A stretch of DNA of 64,000 bases from Minisyncoccota bacterium (GCA_020059585.1 JAGVBU010000002.1:27566-91565), one strand, 5' to 3'. Counted from the first letter of the stretch, positions 54,371 through 63,813 are shown. Notes: a model not told the origin generated them from the letters alone. Made by a program: numbers and translations.

Positions 54371-55702
54371 TTAAAACTGGACGGGAATGTACTTAATCGA
54401 AATCGAATCGATAAACTGTTTCTGTCCCGGCCATGGAGGAATAAATATTTTAATATTGCTTATACCGACAGTCACATCATTGTTCCTGCTGAAAAATGTA
54501 TACCAATCACCCGACATAAAACCTCCCGCCCCTCCACCAAGGTCAGAAGACATTTCAGTACTATCTAGAATCTTAAACGATGTCGCTTCATTAGGACCGC
54601 CCCCCGTGTTTACTGTAAATGAGGTGACGATTCCCTTCACCCCAAGATCATGTATTCCTATGCCAAGATTTGAGCGCGATACTGTTTTTGATTCACCATA
54701 TTCAAGATCGGCGACTTTCACCTTTGCCGACGTAATGGTCCCCCCTACCGATATATTCCCTACGCTAAGTGTAGCGGTATCCGTCGGACTCCCGACGTTC
54801 CGCGTCTCGTACACGTAGTTCATTGATCTGTACGTAGGAAATCCCGTGTGCTGCAACAACTCTTCGTGGTAATACCTGCACTCCGCGTTTGTACCGAATA
54901 CATAGAGTTCACCAGAAAGACCGTTCCAAGAGGGACAGTCCGCAAATTCATCGATTCCAGTCATTCCAGCGGTCGGTGCCGATCCGTCCTTGAGCCCGCC
55001 GCCGTAGAACGCACCCGTTCCCTGAGGACATTGCTTATAAAACCTGTTCGTGTCGCATGCAAGAACTTCTCCAATCACATCGGCCTGAGCGGTTCGCACC
55101 AACGCAAATGTATTTTTATGATTTGCCCCAATAGTTCCCGTGTTCCAAAATCCGGTCTGAGTCCCCTGAGTCACATTTGTGATTTTCACATTTCCACCTC
55201 CATATGTGAGAGTTCCGGACTGCATACTCCAATATGAATCTCCCCCTCCGCTTCCCGTCCCCACGTCCTTCCATGCCGTTCCATCATTGAACTGGACTTT
55301 TTTTCCTCCTACGTTATAACGAAGCAGTCCCTCTGTCTCTGAAGATGCGCCCGTTGAACCAACTGGCAAAGAAAGACCCGCGCCATATATTTTAACAATA
55401 TCTTTACTTGAACCGACACCAAATATAATCCGTGAGGTATTATCGACGTTTCCGATCCATGAGTTATTTCCAACTAAAACCGTGTCTCTATATTCAGACG
55501 GAAAACTAATCCTTCCTTCTTTCGATTGATTGGAACTCCCCGTATCAATCGGGATCCCTGTATTCGCATTCGGGAATGAATCGGTCGGAGGCGCCCACTG
55601 GTACTGCTGCGCTCCCACTACCTGAATGAGAGCTCCCAGAATCATGAGTCCGAAGACGGATCCGGCGACGAAGATGAGTTTGTTTTTGAGCTCTTGCTTC
55701 AT
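54371..55702 (-). CDS. Secreted or membrane-anchored hypothetical protein (443 aa).
   Basis: N-terminal hydrophobic segment. Gly/Thr/Ser-rich. No catalytic motif. Confidence 0.6.
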   Translation of the reverse strand: MKQELKNKLIFVAGSVFGLMILGALIQVVGAQQYQWAPPTDSFPNANTGIPIDTGSSNQSKEGRISFPSEYRDTVLVGNNSWIGNVDNTSRIIFGVGSSKDIVKIYGAGLSLPVGSTGASSETEGLLRYNVGGKKVQFNDGTAWKDVGTGSGGGDSYWSMQSGTLTYGGGNVKITNVTQGTQTGFWNTGTIGANHKNTFALVRTAQADVIGEVLACDTNRFYKQCPQGTGAFYGGGLKDGSAPTAGMTGIDEFADCPSWNGLSGELYVFGTNAECRYYHEELLQHTGFPTYRSMNYVYETRNVGSPTDTATLSVGNISVGGTITSAKVKVADLEYGESKTVSRSNLGIGIHDLGVKGIVTSFTVNTGGGPNEATSFKILDSTEMSSDLGGGAGGFMSGDWYTFFSRNNDVTVGISNIKIFIPPWPGQKQFIDSISIKYIPVQF

Positions 55703-55762
55703 ATGAATATTATAGCAGAATACGCATATAAAAAGTCCCGAATTTCTTCGGGACTTTTGAAT

Positions 55763-56659
55763 TTATTTCTGCAGGATCATTTTCTTCGTCTCGGTGTACT
55801 GTCCTGCGGTGAGACGATAAAGATAAATTCCACTCGAGAGACCTGACGCGTCAAATGTGACGGTGTAGGTTCCCGGATACTTTTCTTCGTTTACAAGTGT
55901 TGCAACCTCTCTTCCGAGCATGTCGTATACAGTAATCTGTACATACGCACTACTCAATACTGTATACCTGATACTCGTTGTGGGGTTGAACGGATTGGGA
56001 TAGTTCTGGAAGAGGGAGAACGATTCAGGGAGATTAAACTCATCCTCAATACCGACAATCGTGGTATCTTCGAAAGAATCGATGAGGAAATAGGTTCCAA
56101 ATTCATCGTTCTTGATACCACGAAGAAAATCAAAACCAATTTCCATAAGTCTTATCGGTGTTCCTAATTGATATCGAGGAAAAATCCGCACACGCATGCG
56201 ATCTACCGAATCAGGAAGAGTTCCCTGAAAATAACCCCCTGTTTCCACAATTGTAGGAGCACCTCCCCCCTGAATTCCTGCTGTCGATAAAGAAACAAAA
56301 CCATCGCTGTTTCCCATTGAGAATATATAAGATCCAAACGTATTTGTTCCGTTCGGGATTATAGTCACCTGACCGAAATACCATATAAGTCCCTTTGGCG
56401 TTTCTATCTTCGGAATCATCTTTTCAAACTCGACATATGAGGGTTTTCCGGAATCATACACCTTCAAGCGAAACACCTGATAGTTGTCGCCGTTTGTATC
56501 CTGCGGAACTCCACCCGACGTGATGATTCTCGACGACGCCTCCCATACATTGAGGGTGTCAGCAACATACCATCCGTTTACCGTCCCGTTCTGGATCTGC
56601 CCAAAACTCAAACTTGTGACGAAGAGAAATGCTACGAATGTTAAGAATGCTCTTTTCAT
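55763..56659 (-). CDS. Secreted protein ending in a canonical type IX secretion system C-terminal sorting domain (Por_Secre_tail).
   Basis: Signal peptide MKRAFLTFVAFLFVTSLSFGQ. The last ~80 aa read NYPNPFNPTTSIRYTV...ITVYDMLGREVATLVNEEKYPGTYTVTFDASGLSSGIYLYRL...TKKMILQK, a near-consensus T9SS CTD. Confidence 0.75.
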   Translation of the reverse strand: MKRAFLTFVAFLFVTSLSFGQIQNGTVNGWYVADTLNVWEASSRIITSGGVPQDTNGDNYQVFRLKVYDSGKPSYVEFEKMIPKIETPKGLIWYFGQVTIIPNGTNTFGSYIFSMGNSDGFVSLSTAGIQGGGAPTIVETGGYFQGTLPDSVDRMRVRIFPRYQLGTPIRLMEIGFDFLRGIKNDEFGTYFLIDSFEDTTIVGIEDEFNLPESFSLFQNYPNPFNPTTSIRYTVLSSAYVQITVYDMLGREVATLVNEEKYPGTYTVTFDASGLSSGIYLYRLTAGQYTETKKMILQK

Positions 56660-56778
56660 GGCATTCCTCCTTTCATTTATTTATTGATTGTAATTAGTTC
56701 CTTATGCTGCTTTTATTATAGCACACAATGACAAAAAACGCAAGATTATGCGTTTTTTGTCAAGTGCTGCCGCCCTTT

Positions 56779-57645
56779 TCACGCGCGGGAGACCATTCTC
56801 TTTATCGCCACGCATATCCCCGACTCCGTTCCTCGCATATAGTAACAAGCTTTCTTTTTCGTGAAATATTTTATGTCGCGTATTCGTCTCCGCGCGATTT
56901 CCGGCGTGTCTGCCGACATTATAGGAACTGCTCCTGAAAATATTCTGCGCGACACACCCCGTATTTTTCTTGAAGACTCCTCGTAAAGATGCCACTCGAA
57001 TTTTTCTTCATCCCAGCGCTCAATGAATGTCTTTTTTGCCGATTCTTCAACGAACGGGTGTACGAAAAAAGAGATTGGAACCTTTCGTTTTTTTGAAAAC
57101 GCCGCGGGCATTCCGGATATTCCTCTTTTTTTATAAAACTGTTTTTCAAGATACGCGCTTCGCACTCCTCCCGTCGCGATTCCTTTTTTAAAATCAACGA
57201 GAGTTTTTTCATCGGAATATATTTCGCCTTCCCGAATCTCGCCGCATCGGAGCGCGAGACGCGTTTTTCCCATTCCCGTCGCGCCTCCGAAAAAGATAAC
57301 TGCTTTTCCGTCGATTACCGCGGACGAGGAGTGGATGCAATATATACCGCGTTCTTCGCGTGCTCTTTCGAGTATGAATTCAATAATCGAAATGATATCT
57401 TTTTCGTCGTAGGATGGCGCGCGATATTCAGAATACGGAAATCCGCCGGAAAAAGACGCCGCGCCTTTTTTCAGGAGAAGCGTCGCTATGACGGGAATAT
57501 TTTTATCCTCTGAGACACTCGGATCCGGAATATATTCCGCGAGAAATTTCGACGCACGTATTTTTTGCGCCCATGCCGCACTCCATGAGCGGACACGAAC
57601 AGCAACACCCCCCGATTTAACGACGAATGATTTCTTTTCTTTCAT
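56779..57645 (-). CDS. P-loop protein resembling the HPr kinase/phosphorylase C-terminal domain.
   Basis: AVIFFGGATGMGKTRLALRCGEI. Start uncertain; the chosen start overlaps the upstream GT4 gene by 29 nt. Confidence 0.45.
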   Translation of the reverse strand: MKEKKSFVVKSGGVAVRVRSWSAAWAQKIRASKFLAEYIPDPSVSEDKNIPVIATLLLKKGAASFSGGFPYSEYRAPSYDEKDIISIIEFILERAREERGIYCIHSSSAVIDGKAVIFFGGATGMGKTRLALRCGEIREGEIYSDEKTLVDFKKGIATGGVRSAYLEKQFYKKRGISGMPAAFSKKRKVPISFFVHPFVEESAKKTFIERWDEEKFEWHLYEESSRKIRGVSRRIFSGAVPIMSADTPEIARRRIRDIKYFTKKKACYYMRGTESGICVAIKRMVSRA

Positions 57646-58750
57646 ATATTTTTTCGAGCGCGGCGATTTTCTTTTCCCATGCCCATTTTTCCCGCGCGTT
57701 TTTTTCGGCGTTCTTTCCAAGACGTTCCGCCTCATCCTTGTTTTTTAAGAGACGGAGAATCGATTTCGAAATTTCCCGCGCGTTTTCCGGAGAAACCATA
57801 AGGCCATTTTTTTTATGTTTTAGAAATTCCTTCATGCTTCCCGACGTCGTTGTGATTGTAGGCACTCCGTATGTCGCCGCCTCAAGCATCGTGGTAAGTA
57901 CTCCCTCTTTTCCCACTGACGGGGCAACAAGCATTGAGGATCCCCCGAAAAGAGAATCCTTCGTTTTCTCGGACACCCTTCCGAAAAATCGTATATGTTT
58001 TGAAACCCCAAGTTTCCCCGCGAGATTTTCAAGTTCTTTCTTTTGCGGACCATCGCCCGCGATTGCCACTCTCACCTCGGGATAGATTTTTTTTACCTCG
58101 CGGATCGCACGAATGAGATAGGAGACCCCTTTTACGGGAATGAGCCTCCCGATATATAACACATCAAACTTTTCCGCGGGAAGCGTTGATGATGTGTCGG
58201 CAATCGAAGGATCAATCCCGTTTTCCACCACGCGCATTTTTGTTCCCGGAACCATGCGCTCCCATTCTTCTCGAATCTTTTTCGAAACCGCAATAATCTC
58301 GTCAGCTCCGGAAAAAAGCGCGCGGTGCATCGGTTCTGCTTCTCTGGGATATCCATGCAAATGAAGTGCGCTTCTCTGTTTGAGGGGAACGCCAATCATA
58401 TCGTACGCGTTATGAACGGCGACAATATCAAATGCATTTTTTGAAAAGTAAGATAACGCGCGCTGTCCTACATACACGCTTTCCATAATCCAACGGTTCC
58501 ATTCGATTCCGGGTTGCTCCTTATATATCACCGCGTATTCTTTCGGAAGATCAATATACGACACGCGAACTTTTTTGTTTTTTCGGATAAACTCCTTGAA
58601 AAAGTCGGACTGTATTATGTAGGGAGCGCGAACCGTGACTATCGTGACCGTATGTCCGCGCATAGAAAAAAGGCGCGCATGTTCCAGCGGAATAACCTCA
58701 CCTCCGCCAAGATAATAACTCACGCGGGGCTGATATATTGCGATGTTCAT
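57617..58750 (-). CDS. GT4-family (GT-B) glycosyltransferase.
   Basis: C-terminal E-x7-E region GGSSMLVAPSVGKEGVLTTMLEAATYGVPTI and the group-1 architecture. Confidence 0.85.
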   Translation of the reverse strand: MNIAIYQPRVSYYLGGGEVIPLEHARLFSMRGHTVTIVTVRAPYIIQSDFFKEFIRKNKKVRVSYIDLPKEYAVIYKEQPGIEWNRWIMESVYVGQRALSYFSKNAFDIVAVHNAYDMIGVPLKQRSALHLHGYPREAEPMHRALFSGADEIIAVSKKIREEWERMVPGTKMRVVENGIDPSIADTSSTLPAEKFDVLYIGRLIPVKGVSYLIRAIREVKKIYPEVRVAIAGDGPQKKELENLAGKLGVSKHIRFFGRVSEKTKDSLFGGSSMLVAPSVGKEGVLTTMLEAATYGVPTITTTSGSMKEFLKHKKNGLMVSPENAREISKSILRLLKNKDEAERLGKNAEKNAREKWAWEKKIAALEKIYERKEIIRR

Positions 58751-59235
58751 CGAATCAGTTTCTTCAATGATTCCGTCTGCGCGGCGGCAACCGGAGACGA
58801 TATCCACGGGATGTATTCAGAGAGAGAGTCGATAGAAACAAATTTCCGTTCGGATGTCTCGAACTCTCCGTTAAATTCGTCGATTTTCGAAGGGCGGCAG
58901 AAAAACCTGAGTTGCGCGTATTCCTTCCCCTCAACCGAATCATTGTCTGGATCGGATGCATGTACATACCCGACAAGAATAGAATCCTTTATCTCAACCG
59001 ACGCCTCTTCCGCAAGTTCCCTTCGGAGCGTTTCTTCGGGTGTCTCTCCTAATTCAGGATGTCCGCCGGGGAATCCCCATCCGCGATCATTTTTAATGAT
59101 GAGAATCCCGTTATTTTCATCAACGCAAAGTCCCGTCACTTGGGATATTTTTATTGACTCGGGAATTTCACTTGTTTCCACCCATTCGAGATCGATATTT
59201 CTCCCGTCAAACGAAATAGTTTCTTTTATATTCAT
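58747..59235 (-). CDS. NUDIX hydrolase.
   Basis: Nudix box GGHPELGETPEETLRRELAEEASV. Start and stop both sit in ATGA overlaps with the flanking genes. Confidence 0.8.
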   Translation of the reverse strand: MNIKETISFDGRNIDLEWVETSEIPESIKISQVTGLCVDENNGILIIKNDRGWGFPGGHPELGETPEETLRRELAEEASVEIKDSILVGYVHASDPDNDSVEGKEYAQLRFFCRPSKIDEFNGEFETSERKFVSIDSLSEYIPWISSPVAAAQTESLKKLIR

Positions 59236-59849
59236 ATGTGAGTATTATCTTCCGGTTTGTTTTCCTCGTCAAAAATTTCCCACAATTCAGAGGGAAGTGT
59301 TCCCCTTGCCTTCAGTTCGTCAAACTTTCTTCCGAGGATGAGCTTTAGGCTTTCAAGCGCCTCTTCCGCATTGTCCGCGGTGTGCATCACGTTCTTTTGG
59401 GTAAGAAGTACGGATACCTCGTCTTGATTCGGATGCTCTCCTTTTTCCCAGAGCGATATATCGTCTTCGGATATTCGGGGGTGTTTTTGAAACTTTTCCC
59501 TGATAATCCCGTCCTTCTCTCCGTCTTTTTTCAAACGAGAAAGGACTTTTTGCGCCTCCATCTCCTTACCGCCCACAAGAAGTGCAATCGCATCGTGCGT
59601 GGTTAAATACTTTTTCATCGCATCAAAAAAGTGCTCCTTTTTCGATTCTTTGTATATATGATCCACCGCATCTCCGCTCAAACGCACCATCGCCCTGTAT
59701 ATGACCTCAAGTCCATGTGTTTCCAATATTTTTTCTATCTCAGGAAGGTCCTCTATAAAATCCGGCTTAATGAATGCAAACGCAATTTCGTTTTTCGGCA
59801 TAGATTCCCTCACCTCGGCTGATGGATCTGGTTTTTTTTCGAAATTCAT
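59232..59849 (-). CDS. Nucleoside-diphosphate-kinase-like protein with an internal insertion.
   Basis: NDK fold markers FAFIKPD, HFFDAMKKYLTTHDAIALLVGG, NVMHTADNAEEA (His-active-site region), plus a ~40-aa insert. Confidence 0.5.
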   Translation of the reverse strand: MNFEKKPDPSAEVRESMPKNEIAFAFIKPDFIEDLPEIEKILETHGLEVIYRAMVRLSGDAVDHIYKESKKEHFFDAMKKYLTTHDAIALLVGGKEMEAQKVLSRLKKDGEKDGIIREKFQKHPRISEDDISLWEKGEHPNQDEVSVLLTQKNVMHTADNAEEALESLKLILGRKFDELKARGTLPSELWEIFDEENKPEDNTHI

Positions 59850-60613
59850 ATATGTGTAAACTCGTTTATGAGAAAAATAATTCCTCTTGCGCCCCGATAC
59901 GGAGCGTGAAGCGCGCATTTCTTTGCATACTGCTCCGTTGCGTTTTTGACGGACGCGAACGCGATTGCGCTTTTTCCGATTGCTACCACGTCTTCGCAGT
60001 CACTCACCATGAGTACATCATATGAGCTGAGATGTCTTTTCGCAACATATTCGAGCGTCGATATCCTGTTTTGCGTCGCGTTTCCCGCAATGAGCTTCCC
60101 TTTTCCGCAGCGTTTCACGTACGCGCTCGCTCCTTCGTGTTTCAAAAAATCGCTGATTTTCCGTCTCACCCGCGCAATATCATAATCGCTCTCTTGCGAG
60201 TGTCTCCTTATGTAGATGCTTGAGGTAAATTTCCTGTGCGGCGTGACAATAATCGTTGGATCTTTCGCGGCACGGATGATTCTCTTGTCTTTCGCGATTT
60301 TCAAAACGTATGATCCTATCCCTCCGTTACGCAAAAGGAAACGTATCACCATCTCATTGATCGGAAGCACGTCAGGCATCGTGATTTTCCGAGTTCCTAT
60401 CGCGGCGCGATATTCGGCTCCATCTTCCGCGATAATGGGACCGTTCAAATTAAGTTCCTTGTGAATTTTTTCCGCTTCGGAAAACGGCCTGCTCGTGTTG
60501 ATCCCGAACACCACTCCTTTTTTCATTGCGCCTGCCACATGTTTTCTGATCGTATCAAGCGATCGGAGGGGGAGCGTCCCATCTATATCGAAAAATATCG
60601 ATTTTTTATTCAT
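59846..60613 (-). CDS. HAD-IIB-type phosphatase (sugar-phosphate or glycosyl-3-phosphoglycerate phosphatase-like).
   Basis: Motif I FFDIDGTLP. C-terminal motif SDCEDVVAIGKSAIAFA. Start taken at MNKKSIFF. Confidence 0.7.
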   Translation of the reverse strand: MNKKSIFFDIDGTLPLRSLDTIRKHVAGAMKKGVVFGINTSRPFSEAEKIHKELNLNGPIIAEDGAEYRAAIGTRKITMPDVLPINEMVIRFLLRNGGIGSYVLKIAKDKRIIRAAKDPTIIVTPHRKFTSSIYIRRHSQESDYDIARVRRKISDFLKHEGASAYVKRCGKGKLIAGNATQNRISTLEYVAKRHLSSYDVLMVSDCEDVVAIGKSAIAFASVKNATEQYAKKCALHAPYRGARGIIFLINEFTHI

Positions 60614-61623
60614 GAATGTTTCCTTTTTGTTGATATGGTCGCCTTCCATTGATCGCTCGGACGAAACCACGGAAGTCGCGCGCACAAAAGTTCCACTTTC
60701 ACAACCCACGAAAGAGTGGCACGCATTACAAGAAACAGAAGCCATAGCATTTTTTCTTTTCCGGGAGCGGCACGCCATTTTTTCCAATCGGTTTTCCTTT
60801 TTTTATGGAGATTCAGATATCGATATTCGGGGAACCACTGCCTGATCTTTTCAACCTCAATCCCCGTCCTTCTGTGCACGTTCCACCAGTCAAAAAGAGA
60901 GCCCACTGGAAACGAGAAGCATTCCGCGTCATCAACCTGACATATTGCGTTGGATCCATACGTGTGGAGAATGTAGTTTGACATAAACACATCATCCGCG
61001 TAGAGAAGCGTCGTGCCTTTTGTATATTTAAGAAGATGCGCGCCTGTTGCGTTTTTTCTCGCGCGTGCCGCAATCTCTTCATATTTCGGTATGTACCAGT
61101 CCCGCGTCGCAAAGAGCCTTCCGTGAAAATATTTTCTCTGGTGAAGCATTCTCTGCTCATCGTATAAATGACCCATCCTTCCGAATATAGAGATGCGATT
61201 TCCTCGCGTTATAGGCACCGTTCTCGCGTATGCGACAACCGTGTTCTTGTCGCGGGCGAACGCGGATAAAATGTTTTTTATGGAGTGCGCCCCTATTATA
61301 TTGTCTCCGTCGGGGAAAATGTGTATTTCCGCGGGATAAAGTTCCACTATTTTTCTTTGCGCGTTCACTAACCCTTCCTCGCTCTGTATGATTTCCACGC
61401 GGATATCGCTAAATTTCTTTTGAAAATCTCTTACTAATTTTTCGGTATTATCGGAACATCCGTTGATACACACCACAAGCGGCGTATCTTTCACGATATC
61501 CGCCTCGTACATTGCGGCACGTATCGAAGAGAGACACTCGGAAATTGATTTTTCCTCGTTTCTTACCGGAAGCCCTATTGTGATTGTGGGTTTTTCCCGC
61601 ATGACGGTTCTTGTACTAGTCAA
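60610..61623 (-). CDS. GT2-family (GT-A) glycosyltransferase.
   Basis: TITIGLPVRNEEKSISECLSSI...CINGCSDNT and a DxD-type region FPDGDNI. Confidence 0.8.
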   Translation of the reverse strand: MTSTRTVMREKPTITIGLPVRNEEKSISECLSSIRAAMYEADIVKDTPLVVCINGCSDNTEKLVRDFQKKFSDIRVEIIQSEEGLVNAQRKIVELYPAEIHIFPDGDNIIGAHSIKNILSAFARDKNTVVAYARTVPITRGNRISIFGRMGHLYDEQRMLHQRKYFHGRLFATRDWYIPKYEEIAARARKNATGAHLLKYTKGTTLLYADDVFMSNYILHTYGSNAICQVDDAECFSFPVGSLFDWWNVHRRTGIEVEKIRQWFPEYRYLNLHKKRKTDWKKWRAAPGKEKMLWLLFLVMRATLSWVVKVELLCARLPWFRPSDQWKATISTKRKHS

Positions 61624-61699
61624 AAAAGGTATGTGTTTACAATATAATAATTATATAAAAAAGTCAATATCCTTTACTCACTCGCGAATTGTGGTAGGG

Positions 61700-63217
61700 C
61701 TACATTTTTTCCGAGGGTTTCACGGGAGTGAACGAGACGTCTGAAAGAATATAGCGTGATATTCCCAATGTGTGAAACTGCTGAAGCGCCGTCTTCTCGA
61801 ACCACGGGAAGCATCGATCGTAGAAAAGAATCTCAAACGGAGCGCGACACCCCACTCCCCGACAATCGCCGGAAACTTCCATGCGGGCGATTTTGTTTTC
61901 CGCAAGAAGAGGCGCCGACCATGACGTTTTGTCATCCATGGAAATGATTGTGCCTCGTACCCTCATTCCCGAATCAGGAAAAAGGGGGCACATATCAGAA
62001 ATCGATCGTACGGAAGGAAAAGCATAGGAGAGATTTCTTTTTTTCACAAACGAGAAGTGTGTTTCATCCTCTTCCGCAACGGATTCATAAATTCCGACTC
62101 CAGAAAAATCATATATTTTTTTATCATCTCCTCCCTTCTCTGAAACGAATCGAACCACGTCTCCTTTTTCTATATGTTTCAGAAAATATCGCGGATTCTT
62201 CTGTGTATAAGAACAGGAAAAGGAATTATACATGACAGAGAGAAGGATAGTAACACAAAAAAAGAACCACGCCGCGCGTTTCATGCGCGCCGCGTACCAT
62301 GCACCGAAAAGCGCCGCGATAAACACAAACGATTGGAAAAACGGGATCGTCACCGTATCCACCGTGTAGGAAAATCCGTATATCGCCATGAGTATTCCTC
62401 CCCCGACGAAAAAATACGCGGCAATAGCGATGCCCGCGTTTTTTGCGTGACGCCAAAACGAATGAGCCGGCGATGAGAGAAGAAGCGTCGCCATGACAGG
62501 CAAAAACAATATTGTTTCGTGGGAAAACGCGCCCCCATCCGGTATGTTCTTTAAAACGCTGAATGAGGCGATGAGGAGAAGTATGAAATACATCCAATGT
62601 TCACGCTCATGATGCTCGCGGTATTCCCTCGTTTTTTGCACCACGGATACGAGTACAAGAAACACCGACACAGCAAAAAGAAGAGGAAAGATGAACGCAA
62701 TTTCCGGAGGCATTATATCCGCATATGCCTCGCCTCCCTCATACGCGGTACCGAACACATCGCGCAACAATCCGTTATATAAGGATATCCCTACTTTAGG
62801 AATATGATTATGATAGAACGCGCTCGCCGAAAGATCGGAACGATCTGACACAAATAGAGTATCGCGGAACGGAATATCTCCCTGCGCGTAGAACGCTGCG
62901 GAATAAAGCGTGCCGAAGATAAACGCGACGGACACGAATACTACCGCGGCCCTCGCGAATACGCGCGCGCGCGAAACAATTTGTTTTTTCCATCTTTCTA
63001 AGAGAAGTAACGCAATCCCCGCAAAAAATCCATAAGAAAAGAAGAGGAGGACGCGAATTGATGAGGATCCGTATGAGAAAAAATTGATGAAAAATTTAAA
63101 TACAATATGGAGAAGAAACGGAAAAGCAATTGCCGCTCCAAAGAGTGTGGCGCAAATCAGAGAAAAAAACGCATACCCACGCTTTTCCGTAAATGCTTTC
63201 ATTAAAAAAGCTACCAT
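61700..63217 (-). CDS. Hypothetical polytopic membrane protein (about 505 aa).
   Basis: About 9 TM helices plus a C-terminal soluble domain. No recognisable motif. Confidence 0.55.
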   Translation of the reverse strand: MVAFLMKAFTEKRGYAFFSLICATLFGAAIAFPFLLHIVFKFFINFFSYGSSSIRVLLFFSYGFFAGIALLLLERWKKQIVSRARVFARAAVVFVSVAFIFGTLYSAAFYAQGDIPFRDTLFVSDRSDLSASAFYHNHIPKVGISLYNGLLRDVFGTAYEGGEAYADIMPPEIAFIFPLLFAVSVFLVLVSVVQKTREYREHHEREHWMYFILLLIASFSVLKNIPDGGAFSHETILFLPVMATLLLSSPAHSFWRHAKNAGIAIAAYFFVGGGILMAIYGFSYTVDTVTIPFFQSFVFIAALFGAWYAARMKRAAWFFFCVTILLSVMYNSFSCSYTQKNPRYFLKHIEKGDVVRFVSEKGGDDKKIYDFSGVGIYESVAEEDETHFSFVKKRNLSYAFPSVRSISDMCPLFPDSGMRVRGTIISMDDKTSWSAPLLAENKIARMEVSGDCRGVGCRAPFEILFYDRCFPWFEKTALQQFHTLGISRYILSDVSFTPVKPSEKM

Positions 63218-63717
63218 GGATTTTTTTTCATTTTGAGCGTGTAGCCCAAAAAAGAAATAAGGGGATGAAACGTGAGTGCAAGCGCGATTCCGAAGATAGC
63301 GTGGCGCAATGGCATATCCGCAAAAAGAAAAAGAAGGATCGCGGCGCACGCCGTTGCATCAATCCTGTCGAGAAGGGGGAATTTATACCCCGAAGGAAGA
63401 CCAAGACGCCTTTTTACAAAACTTCCCAAAAGCGTGTGCCCCAAAAATGCCCCTCCAGCACCAAAAATGGATACCGAAAAATCTCCAACCACGAGATATC
63501 CCGCGGCTATTCCGATGATAAGCCCCACACACGCAACGCCCACGTTCCGGTTGTCTCCTAGGAGTCTTCTTCCATCAAAAAAATTTTTAGAAAAATCTAT
63601 AGGAACATCGGGAACGCGCAACGCGGATGCGAGCGCCCCCACGATCACAAAAAGCATGTTCGTAATCCACGCGGGAAAAAAGAAAAAAAATGTCTCGAAT
63701 ACGAATGCTTCCACCAT
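63211..63717 (-). CDS. CdsA/CarS-like CTP-transferase family membrane protein (DUF46-type).
   Basis: GSFVKRRLGLPSGYKFPLLDRIDA resembles the S/K-RR-x-G...DR-x-D cytidylyltransferase signature. Confidence 0.45.
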   Translation of the reverse strand: MVEAFVFETFFFFFPAWITNMLFVIVGALASALRVPDVPIDFSKNFFDGRRLLGDNRNVGVACVGLIIGIAAGYLVVGDFSVSIFGAGGAFLGHTLLGSFVKRRLGLPSGYKFPLLDRIDATACAAILLFLFADMPLRHAIFGIALALTFHPLISFLGYTLKMKKNPW

Positions 63718-63756
63718 AATCGTCTATTTATTATATATGATTCCGAGAGAAATAGA

Positions 63757-63790
63757 TCGAAAAACGCCCGACATAATCGGGCGCTTTCTT
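63757..63790 (-). terminator. Hairpin terminator for the partial minus-strand gene at the window edge.
   Basis: Minus strand: gcgcccgattatgtcgggcg followed by tttttcg. Confidence 0.55.
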
Positions 63791-63813
63791 CAATTGAGAA
63801 TTGAAATCAAAAA

